The notes beneath the pieces are model-generated. The model did not search any database and was not told the DNA's origin. It was given only the letters and a program-made list of their open reading frames with translations. Position numbers and translations under genes: made by a program. Below are positions 52,995-64,000 of a stretch of 64,000 bases of DNA, one piece after another. This DNA comes from Octopus vulgaris (taxonomy: Eukaryota): positions 10,912,001 through 10,976,000 of the forward strand of contig OX597822.1 in NCBI GenBank assembly GCA_951406725.2. Reading direction: 5' to 3'. Every line of letters starts with the position of its first letter. The first letter of the stretch is position 1.

Positions 52995-54060
52995 TATATA
53001 TATATATATATAAAGCCATTATTAGGCAAATCAAACAGTGAACATTAAAAAGTTTAATATAATATAATAAGTAAAACCACTACGTACGTTTCATGGCCAT
53101 AACCCAATTCGAATTACAATAACTTAGATTCATTTAAAAATTCGAATTATAATTATATGCAAATATATTTAAACAATATTTTTTAAGAAATAAGTAAAAT
53201 AATAATTTTTCTTATAAAAAACTCTATTATCAAATTAGAAACTTTAACGATTAGGATTATGTCATACAATCCAATTATAATGTTAAATATTAATTTTTAA
53301 GGTAAAAATAGATAGAAAATGTATTTATCTATTAAGATTTAAAATGGCTATAAAAACCTAATAAACTCACGAATAACCTAATCTCACTTATAGTCAATAT
53401 CTAATTACCAAATTATTTAACAAAAAAATAATCACTATTCATATTTTTAAAATTCAAGTTCAAATCTAATAATTATAAAATATTTAAGAATAATAGCTAA
53501 ATTATTATCAATAAATATAATAATTAAGATCTAAAATTTTCTCTATCAATAAATATATATACGTATAATAAAAACTAAATAAATTAATTATTCCATTATT
53601 AATTACGAAATATATTAAAAAATTGAAGATGAAAAAGCAAATTATAAACGTATAACCTATCTTTAAAAAACCGTTTAACTATTCAACCATCAATATATCT
53701 CGTTGGCCAATTAGTAACTTACAAAAACCGTATAGTTATAATCTAATAATGAAATATATATCTTCAACAACTAAATATCTATACAATCAAATTATCAATC
53801 CTTAGTTATATAGTATGCATTATAATACAAAATAACATAAATTATTAAAATAACTTTAATAAAGAGGTTAACTTAGAATTCAATACCTTTTTAATACCTT
53901 TTTGATAGTTATTTTTAAAAAAACATAATTTAATAAATATATAAATATTAATATTAAAAAATTAAAAGATTAAAAATTTATAAATTTAAAATTTAAAAAA
54001 TATTTAAAAATATAAAAATGTATAAATATAAATTAAAAATTTTGAATTTAAATAATTTAA
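52995..54060. other. Extremely AT-rich non-microsatellite segment, possible PLE-related remnant
   Basis: Visibly almost devoid of G/C; bounded by (TA)n on the left; hammerhead-like half-motifs on minus. Confidence 0.4.
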
Positions 54061-54657
54061 TTGCTTGCTTACAATTATTATCCTCTTTTCAAGACTATGC
54101 TTTGCACCTTCAACCATCCCATAGACCAGGCATTGGCAACCTTTCTCCGAGAAGCGGGCTGCATGAGACATTGTTCATCTTTACGATATTCAAAGTGAGA
54201 TTTCGTTGTTGAGCTATTTAGAAAATCTTGTGTTTGTGTATATATGTATGATGCAAAAACTATAAATAGCATGAAGATGAGGTAAAAAAAAAATGGGTAT
54301 TAGGTTTATGTTCAGGAAAAGTATAAGTAAAAGTCTTTTGCATTTTGTGCATATGCTCTTCTACAGAAAGAATATAGGTGGAGAGAAAGCGGTGAAGGTA
54401 GAAAAGAAACGCATCGCACTTAGACAGCCTCTGCATGCTGAAATAATCAGGAGTAGGAAGGGGTCGCTAAAAGCGGGAGTAGCAACGTAGACAACATTGG
54501 AGGATGACTTGAGGTGTGGGTGTCAACGGAAACAACTGTGAACCAGACACATGCCTGAGCATTATCTTATGGTGTATGAACCTAATGCGTGCGTGTATGC
54601 TCTGTGTATTTGTGTATGTGTGTGTATGCGCGTGCGCGTTTCAATGTTTTCTGTTTA

Positions 54658-54688
<31 letters not shown>

Positions 54689-55029
54689 CTGTTTGACGTA
54701 TGTGTGCGTGTCTAGGATCGCATGTGTATGTATGAACCTCTCGCGTGTACAGGAATGTTGTGTGTTTGTACGTGGGTGAAGTGTGTATGTCTGTGCACAT
54801 ATGTGGGTTTTGCATGCATGTGTGTGTAAAGAAGTGTGGGTGCTAGTATATGTGAGTATCTAGAAAGTTGTGTGTATAAGTGTATGTATGTGCTGTTTGA
54901 ACGTGTGCGTGTGTGTGTGACGTTAGGTAATGGGATCAGCAGTGTAGTGTAGTAGTGTGATGGTTAGAAGTTGAGATGACTGCGGAAGTGTAAGAAGTGT
55001 GTGGTATGTGTGTGTGAGGGGGGGTTGTA

Positions 55030-56670
55030 TGGAAAGAAATAGAGGATTTAAACCGTGAAAGGTTCAAGTATGGAGAGAGAAAAATTCTTATTCCCGAGTG
55101 AGACGGGAGTCCGAGTAACCTCATTGCAAGGGTAGTCTGAACACAGACAAATATTGGAGGGAATGAACTGTCGAGCAGAAATGGCGCTATACCGGGGTAT
55201 AATTAATGAAGCGTGATGTCCGGAAGGTGTTTGGAAAAATTGTCAGCTAGGTTTCGATTACTTTGTACAATATACTGTGAGTGGAAAAGATTGTAGTTGT
55301 AGTAAATAAGATTACTAGATCAGTGCAAGTCATGGAGTCGGTGACGGGAGGGAGTGGTTGTGGTTACCGCTGAAGGTGATGATGTTAGAGAAAAATGAAG
55401 TGAAGCGCCAGTGTGAGCAAGAGTAGGAGAAAGGCTGAGTGCCGGTAGTGGAGAAACAGCTACGGACAAGTAGATTCCGTAGGTTCGGGATGCGTTTGAA
55501 GAAAGTGAGAGGCAGATTGGGCAAGGTGCGGGATGTAGAAGAGCCAGATAAAAGCAGGTAAAAATTGCGTAGAATATTGCGTTGAAGAGGTAGGGTGGAA
55601 GAATGGTAGGTCAGGGGGAAGTGGAGGCGGATAAGAGTGGGACGATGCGGGGTGAGAGGGCTGATGCACGGTTAAGAGATTGAGTGCCGTCGAGGGAGGA
55701 TTTAATAAAAGCAAGGGGTATCCCTGTTGGGTGAAGTGGTGAGCCATGAGTTGGGACTGTCACAAAAACATGGTCGTCACTGTAAAGCGGACGAAGACGA
55801 AGGAATTTGAGAGTAAGGAATAGGTGTGGCTAGTGTGGGAGAAGGAGAAGAATTTCAGATAGAAGAGGGAGTCTGTAGATTTGGAGTAGATAGAGCTGGT
55901 AAGAGAGAAGTGGTTTGCTGACAACAGAAATATCGAGGAAAATAATGGAAGTGTTGGAGACAGAGCAAGAGAATAGAAGGGCGAGGTGGAAGAACTGAAT
56001 GAATGAGAGGAAGGAATTGAGTTCTTTCTGAGAGAGTGAAGTCGCGCCAATGTACCGACCGTATAGCTCAGCAACGGGAACGATGAATTATGAGACTCTC
56101 CAGGCCTCAGCATAGGTGACAGACAGCTTCGCGCAGTCGGAGACTATTCTCGTTCCCATAGCTACAACCGAGACCTGCTGGTAGATTTCTCCCGCGAAGC
56201 AAAAGCAATTAAAAGACAGAACCAGTTCGGCGAATCGCAGAAGGTTGGAGTTGTTAGTCTGGAGATCGGGATGCAAGTCAAAGAAATGTTTCAGTGCGCA
56301 GGGTTCGTCATTATGAGGGATAATAGTGTAGAGTTGATGTATGGGGGACTTGATGAAGAATAGGGAAGGTCGAGGAGAGTACGAGAAGGAATTAAAGAGA
56401 CGAAGAACGTGGTTGGTGTTGTGAATATGCGATGAGAAGTAAGCCACAATGGGAGCAAGGACGAAGTGGGTTAAGATATCGAGGGATAAATTACGTAGGT
56501 CAGTTGCTGGCAGAGACAATAGGGTGGCTAGGTTTGTTGGGTTCAGAAATGTTGGGAAGGAAGCAACTGGTAAGAGTACGTTTGGTCCGGACAATGGGAT
56601 GGAAGAGGTACGGAGAAGGATGAAGGGGCAAATAAGTCCGAGGGTTGTGAAAGAAAGGATATGTTGGTAG
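55030..56670 (-). mobile_element. Decayed Penelope-like element (RT plus GIY-YIG remnants)
   Basis: EPNKPSHPIVSA, LYTIIPHND, LSFNCFCFAGEIYQQVSVVAMGT, AHHFTQQGYP, FKRIPNLRNLLVRS; many frameshifts. Confidence 0.85.
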
Positions 56671-57334
56671 TTTAGTTATGTATAGTGGATGAATTGAAAT
56701 ATGAAATTCAAGCAAGTATTCATGAAGAAGTTCTGCTGATGAAGATTATCTGAACAATGAAAAACAGGTAGGTTTTTGTGAAGTTCTGCGGAATTAATTT
56801 TGTGCTATGTGAAAGTAAACTTGCAAAAAGTGCAGACATTTCGTAGACATTGTAACAACATGATGCAAGATTGGTTATATTTTTCAATCTTTTTCTCTTT
56901 TGGTCCGTTTTCCTTCTTCCATTCATCTATATCGATCATCCGAAAACCTTTTATACCATTAGAAAATAATTATCTAACCATTTAGGTTCCTGTTCAATTC
57001 ACCTTCGTCCTTAAAATATTGAATTAAGCTCCTGTACACAACTATACAATTACAAGAATGTAGGTTTGTCCCTTTCCATACAAATATTCACCAGGCAACA
57101 ACCAATGCGTATTAGAATTTTGAATTAAGATTTACAATTATACCAACCACGCCTTCCACACAAACACCTCTTAAATCAATCTTAACTTATGGACACTAAA
57201 ACTATCTTTTTCTCCCAATGTTGGGAAAATTCGAGAGAGAAACATATGATCTAAGTAATATATCTATTCACACTACACGCTTTATTTAGTTCTATATTCA
57301 ATAATATTTGTTATGCTACGTATATATCTAGATA

Positions 57335-57715
57335 TAGTCTATGCAGAGTTTGACCACCACCTGTACCTATACCTTAGAACCATCATGGCCTCTGATGTGG
57401 TTTTTTAAACTAGACAAAGTTCTGAAAAGACGCCCACATAGATTGCAACATCCGATTTGGACAACCAAGAGGTGCAGGTAAATTCTGATCTTTGCTGATC
57501 TTAAATTCTCTTTTGAGGCCTCCGTTAGATTTGCTAACCTCCTGGCATACATTGCATTGAAAGGTGTGTACAAACATAGAGAGAGAATTGATGGTGGAGG
57601 TTCGTTTTCCACGGGTTCGCAAATGAGATTTGAGCCCAGCAAAAGAAAGGCATGGTCTGTCACAAACTGTGAATACAAAAAGGTCATTGTGATTCACCTT
57701 CTCGATCGTAACATT
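57335..57715 (-). mobile_element. RTE-like LINE 3' tip with three degenerate C2H2-like fingers
   Basis: TVCDRPCLSFAGLKSHLRT; FQCNVCQEVSKSNGGLKR; CNLCGRLFRTLSSLKNHIRGH (frameshifted). Confidence 0.6.
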
Positions 57716-58169
57716 CTTCCGTAAATCTCTTTTGATATATATATATATATAAATTGTACAACATATGCATACGCATATACAGTTTGATTTGAAAACCCCA
57801 CTAGAATGGGGAAAAGCGGTAATGATCTAAGTGATATGATATATATATAAAAAATGTAATATATAAATAAATATCTGTAAATATAAACCATCCGATCTTC
57901 TGATTACCTCATTTCTTCTAATATATATGTATATATATATATATATATACATATATGTATATACATATATATATATATATACACATATACATATATGTAT
58001 TTATGTAGGTATTTATATGTAAATCTATATGTATATAAGATGGAATATTTTTAAATTTACACAGTATAACAATAAATTAATGGAAAAATATATTTGAATG
58101 TCCGCGTTTGTATGTGTATGCAAGCAGCATCATTAACAGCAACATCATCAAAAATAATAGAAATTATAG

Positions 58170-58203
58170 TAATAATAATGATAGTAATAATAATAATAAT
58201 AAC

Positions 58204-58250
<47 letters not shown>

Positions 58251-58252
58251 TG

Positions 58253-58334
<82 letters not shown>

Positions 58335-58366
58335 TAATAATAATAATAATAACAACAACAACAACA
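58170..58366. repeat. (AAT)n/(AAC)n microsatellite
   Basis: Seen directly. Confidence 0.95.
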
Positions 58367-58994
58367 GAAGCAAGTATACTAATGTTATAACCATTCTCAT
58401 AAATAAAATATATTTGGACACTATTTAAGCCAATAATTCAGAGGAAATGAAAGTTAAATATAGTTATGTAAATCAAAACAAATATATAGCATGAATTGTT
58501 ATTATTATAATAACAATAAGTCCCTGCACAAAACAGCATGAATAAATCTGGCCCGGTTTAACCTGTTGCTGCACCATTTGTCTCGATGACCAATTCTGGC
58601 TCATTTCAAAACGCTCCTGAATATAGCTGTTTGTGCATAAGCAGGGTTGCAACGTTGGAGATAACCTTTTGACACACGACTAAAGTAAAAATATCAAAAG
58701 AGAATAATAAAACAATCATTCATTGAGTCATCAGACTTGCCTATTTGACATTGGTTTCCAAAGTCTCTGAGATCCCGTCACCCTGTCGCCTAATGTTTAA
58801 GGTACACAGCACCCGTGTTTTGCACCCATCAAGAAAATATAAGATTCTGGGAAAACCGTTTTGTCCTAAGTGTGTTTTCTTATTCTTTCTGCATTATCAA
58901 ATGAGATATTTAACTTTAAAGTCACGTGGTACTTCTAGCTATTACTTTTTTGATGCTGTAAAGGGAATTCTGTAATTCTAGATCCACCGAAAAA

Positions 58995-59350
58995 GGCGCT
59001 TTACCTAAATGGTAGGGTGTTAGAGTCATGTTCACGAGCGAATGAGTTCGATTCCTGCACTGGGCGATGCTTTTAGTCCTTCGGCAAGGCATTTTATTTC
59101 ACGTTGCTGCAGTCGAGTCAGCTGGACATGAGTAGAGGTCGAACACTGGTACAGTCTCGTCTCTTAGCAGCTGTTACACCCACGATATTCTGCTGGGTGA
59201 ATGGTGGGAGAATAGAGAGTATGTGTCTATGACTGCTCGGTACTGCACAACATTCGAAAACTATTAGCTAATTTATGTTACATTCTAACGGGTATGTCAT
59301 GTGGGGATTGACGTGTCAAAGAATTACTCAACCTTTCCTCAGTGTCGTGA
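58995..59350 (+). mobile_element. Decayed tRNA-headed SINE related to family C
   Basis: GAGTTCGATTCC B-box, TCCTTCGGCAAGGCA box and TGTGTCTATGACTGCTCGG segment. Confidence 0.55.
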
Positions 59351-59835
59351 AAGATGACTAAAAGAAATTGTGATAGGATTTGTACTCCGACCTCGTAAAA
59401 AACCGCCACCAGCAACGACTACCCAAACAGGCCTATGAGTTTCAGAATAGAGTGGAGCGAGAAAAAGTACTTTTTACACAGATTTTCGAAATATGTTTTC
59501 TAGAATATATTTTTTATCACAAAATCCTTTAAAAACAACTGAATTAAAATCTGAAGTTATTAAATTTACATTTTCAAGCTCCGCAGCCCATTTTGAATAA
59601 TGAGCGAAAAATCAATTTATAACACGTTTGTTCTTCCTCGTTTCATTTTTTACTTTCATTGTTACGAATTAATTTTATATTGCAAAATCCTTTAAAAACA
59701 AAAGTGTTAAAATTGCAAGCTCTAAAATTTATATCTTCAGACTCTGCAACGCACTTGAAATTTCGAAATTATGTAAAGTAAATAGACTTTGCGACTTTGT
59801 TTTCTTTATCATTTTTAATACTAGATCACCTAATA

Positions 59836-60263
59836 AGCGGCGAGCTGGCAGAAGAGTTAGCACGCCGGGCGAAATGCTTAGAGGCATTTCGTCTGTCTTT
59901 ACGTTCTGAGTTCAAATTCTGCCGGGGTCGACTTTGCCTTTCATCCTTTCGGGGTCGATAAATTAAGTAACAGTTACGCACTGGGGTCGATATAATTGAC
60001 TTAATCCGTTTGTCTCCCTTTGTTTGTCCCCTTTGTGTGTAGCCCCTTATGGACAGTAAGCAAATAAGAAACGTTAGCACGCCGGGCGAAATGCTAAACG
60101 GTATTTCGTCTGTCTTTATGCTCTGAGTTTAAATTCCGCCGAGATTGACTTTGCTTTTCATCCTTTCGGGGTCGATAAATTAAGTACCAGTTGCGTACTG
60201 TTGTCGATCTAATAGACTGGCTCCATCCTCCAAATTTCGGGCCTTGTGCCTAGAGTAGAAAAG
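59836..60263 (+). mobile_element. SINE family A dimer with TSD
   Basis: TSD AATACTAGATCACC at 59817-59830 and 60264-60277. Confidence 0.9.
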
Positions 60264-60725
60264 AATACTAGATCACCGAATATATGTTACATAAGGTCTA
60301 GATTACGCACACATTAAAATAGAATTAAGTGTAAACCAATTTTTGATTCTTGAAACTGCTTGTTTCACTGCTTATTGAAAACACTATCAATTTAGAATCG
60401 TTTGCTGACATAGAAGGGCGACTGTGATCTCGCCGATTCTTTCTAATCAAACTCTGAATGTTCTGTTTAGATACTGCTTGATCTAGTCCGCCAATGATCA
60501 TTTTTCGATTTGTCCGTTGATCCCGAAAAACAAATTTTATTCTCTCCGTGGTACATTTTTCTCTCTACTACAACTTCAGCTTTTACGGGAGTTGCACTTG
60601 CGACAGGAACTGTCAAATAAATATTTCGTTGCATTGTTTTTAAACAAGTTACACTTTGATTGAAACGATGACACATATTTTCTATTTTTCACTGACTTTA
60701 TTAATGCTTGGTACTTTAGATAAAA

Positions 60726-61237
60726 CTAGCAGTATCGCCCGGCGTTGCTCGGGTTTGTAAGGGAAATAATTATATAAGCATTTTTAGAGAGTTACTTCCC
60801 TTATAGATGCCAATTCGGGCTTTCTTAGCCATTTCTGTTTTGGTGTCTTCAAGCCATGAAGTCGTTATTCTAAAAGAACGCTGGTCTCCTTGACAACGCT
60901 TTACGACGTTGATTTCCTTACACTTCCTTCCCCACAGCTTCACGAGGGAGGGAAGAAGGGGAGAAGCAAACAGGTGCAGGTGTGACCATGGACGCCAACT
61001 CCGCCGCCATCGACACACGAAAAATTATGCATTAAAATGGAATAAAAAATTATGTTAAATTTTTTTTTAAATCGTAGACTCATCGTAGACGCGCGCTAAT
61101 ACGCAGACGGGCGCGATATGAATCACGAATATACGATACCCGAATTTGGTTAAACTGCACCGCAAAATGTGGGAGTAGTTAGGAATCTAAATCGAAGGGG
61201 ACAGACACTCACACAACTACAGTTTTATATATATAGA
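60726..61237 (-). mobile_element. Non-autonomous Helitron (family H1), second copy
   Basis: Same termini and body as 32301-32806. Confidence 0.9.
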
Positions 61238-61269
61238 TGTGTTATTCATGAGTTTGGTTTCTTTCTTTC

Positions 61270-61356
61270 TTTCCCTGATGAGAAGCCTACCTTGTTTTAC
61301 ACCATTTTATTCCTTTGGAATAATACCAATATTATCTTCGAAACATATGTCGGAAA
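61270..61356 (+). ncRNA. Type I minimal hammerhead ribozyme (PLE-type)
   Basis: TTTCC-CTGATGA-GAAG-(50 nt)-CTTC-GAAAC-ATAT-GTC-GGAAA; perfect core and palindromic stem III. Confidence 0.88.
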
Positions 61357-61574
61357 TAAAAGAACTTCAATAACACCTGCGTTTAACTCTACTTATTTAT
61401 TTATATATATTATACAAAATATTTCACATCAACCCGGAGTTTACAAACAGGGTGTTACGTCCTTATTACTTGTGTGATGTTTTGCTGCCCTGGTAACTGT
61501 TTATTTATTTTTTCTGTGTTAATAGTAAACAAGGGAAAAATACGGACATTCATTTATACTTATATATATATATA

Positions 61575-61646
<72 letters not shown>

Positions 61647-61648
<2 letters not shown>

Positions 61649-61842
61649 ACAATAGTATTAAGGAATGACCCTGACAGGTCGTTCAACTCACTTGAAACGA
61701 GCAGCTAAACTCAAACCGCAAAAATAGTAGTAATTCTGAAAACTAAAGGAGCAGAATTACTACTATTTTTGCGGTTTAGTTTAGCTGCTCTTTTCAAGTG
61801 AGTTGAATGACCTGTCAGGGTCATTCCTTAATACTATTGTTG
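61647..61842. repeat. Near-perfect fold-back (92/91-bp arms, 13-nt loop) next to (TA)n
   Basis: 61647-61738 versus 61752-61842: 2 mismatches and 1 indel. Confidence 0.93.
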
Positions 61843-61947
61843 AATATATTATATAGTCTGTGACTATTTCTATTTTCTCACTTCACCGCTGGTTGCAGAA
61901 AATATTTCTTGAATTTCTCTTGAATTTTTTTGCTACCCTTATATTGA

Positions 61948-62003
<56 letters not shown>

Positions 62004-62445
62004 GTTCCCCAGAAACAACAGAATATTTGTTTTTTTGTGAATTCTTACTATATATATTGGTTTTTCCAAGATTTCATGTAAAAGAAATTATTTTCATTTT
62101 CCTTTATTAGTAAACAGCAATATATATTTATGATTGAAGAGTAAAGCTAAACGCGCAATAGTTTTATTTATTTTTTACCAGTCACTTTAAATACATTTCA
62201 ACATTCCAGTGCCTCATATCCACTGCCAAAAGAACACACTGTTAACATTTTATGCATTTCTCAGCAGAACGGAATCAGACCCTAATATCATTCATTGGTT
62301 TCTGACCAAATCAGGTTAACACCTTTCTCTAGTCTATGTTCTTGGAAAACTGTGAAGAAAATATCAACATCAAGTAGCAAGAAATAACTAAAGACGGAGA
62401 AATACTTCGTTTGTTTATCTGACAATTTAACAGATGTTATTTTTA

Positions 62446-62612
62446 TACTTTTACTTGTTTCAGTAATTTGACTGCTGTCATGCTGGAGCAGGGCTTATTC
62501 TTTGTAAGCCTAGTACTTATTCTGTCGATCACTTTTGCCGAACCGCTAGGTACGTAAACACACCCGTATCGGTTGTCAGGCAATAGTGGGGGATTAAGAC
62601 TGACACACAAAT

Positions 62613-62681
<69 letters not shown>

Positions 62682-62833
62682 CATACATACGACGGGCATC
62701 TTTCAGTTTCGATCTACCAAATCCACTCAAAAGGTTTTGGTCGATTCGAGGCTATAGTAGAAGATTCTCACCCGATGTGCCACCCGGAACCATGTGGTTT
62801 GGAAGCAAGCTTCTTACCACACAGCCATTCCTG
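62446..62833 (-). mobile_element. SINE family B with internal deletions
   Basis: Reverse complement of family B. Confidence 0.8.
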
Positions 62834-63133
62834 TATATATTTATGCTTTTTAAATTTCTTCACCTGGTACAAGGTTACTTACCCTAGTAACGTGGAACGA
62901 TTAGTCGATCTAAGTGGCTTTGTACAAAAGTACAACTAACCATCAAACGTGAGGAGTATGTCACAGTAACACATACCACGGTTTCACTAAATATTTTAGG
63001 TGCCTATGACGCATCACGAACTGTCATAGACACCCACTCAGTTTCCTTGATTTTGACCCAGCGGGTCATAGACGATGAACAGTTGAAGAGAGAGAGAGAC
63101 AGAGAGAGAGAGAGGGGGACACAGAGAGAGAGA

Positions 63134-63170
<37 letters not shown>

Positions 63171-64000
63171 GAGGCGGCACAAATAACAACTGCGTAACCA
63201 TTGCAACTGAGTAGACTAGAGCAATGTGAAATAAAATGCCTCGCTCAAGTATCAAACATGCCATGTCAGATATTTGACCTTATGATCGAATGCTATAGGG
63301 GTAAGGATATTCCCTTTCACTATGTTTAGACATTACTGATAATAATAAGGATCATGACAATAAGAGACTAAGTAATTCCATGTAAAATCCTAGATTCGAA
63401 CAATATGTCATAGTTAGCTAAATGGGTTTGATGTGTTCAAAAGACATTTCTCGTAGAATTATTTGTTTCCTCGAAGCAGAGGAGGCTACTCTAAGGGAAA
63501 GACCCTGATCGGCATCAATATAGTGATAACTCGAGTCATATTTCGCTCTTATTAAGCTTCATCAAATATCCAAAGTCACTAAAGTTGTCACATTACTGTG
63601 AATAGATTAGATTTCATTTCACCACTCTACACTAATTCATTTATTTTGTATTCTTTAATTAATTTATTATTCAGCGTTCTTCAATTAATCAGATTGACAC
63701 CTACAATATTATCTTTGATTAATTTTAATTAGTTGTAATTAATTTCAATTCCTGTCTGCAGTTAATCTTTGCGATAATGATTCTTGTTTCCTCATTTCGA
63801 GTACAGTTTTTCCCGACAGAATGTGTCAAGCATTGTGCTACCCATTGTGTCTTTTCCCTAAGACATTGAGCGTGTTATATGAGGAAGACTTGGCTACCAC
63901 TTTTAGCAGGTCGAGTGCTGGTTCTTTGATAATATATATGTTGATAATATTTCTTACTGTTCAGCCTCAATCCTCAATGGAGTGGTAGACATATGCCCAA

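Noticed and set aside
52995-54060. Mitochondrial insertion (NUMT) or control region
   Set aside because: AT-rich, but no mitochondrial tRNA, rRNA or protein motif recognised.

Overview
Eukaryotic, gene-poor (intronic or intergenic) DNA. The SINE families and the very high (TA)n/(CA)n/(GATA)n content suggest an octopus/coleoid cephalopod; this is inferred from memory, not from a search. No host protein-coding gene is confidently recognisable, and most long ORFs in the track are microsatellite translations. The window is a mosaic of at least three tRNA-headed SINE families, 5'-truncated LINEs (Tx1/L1, CR1-like, RTE, RTE-X, HERO-like, R4/Dong-like), Neptune-type Penelope-like elements (PLEs), non-autonomous Helitrons, and Tc1/mariner, Tigger, hAT and Merlin-like MITEs. 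Four signals stand out. (1) A complete hammerhead ribozyme with its strands in non-circularly-permuted order lies in the 3' UTR of a HERO-like retrotransposon (41037-41148, minus). (2) A perfect minimal type I hammerhead lies at 61270-61356, and several decayed ones are scattered through the window. (3) A Tx1-clade LINE has inserted twice into one (TATC)n tract. (4) A SINE and a CR1-like LINE share a structure-conserved 3' end. All family assignments rest on motif recognition by eye.
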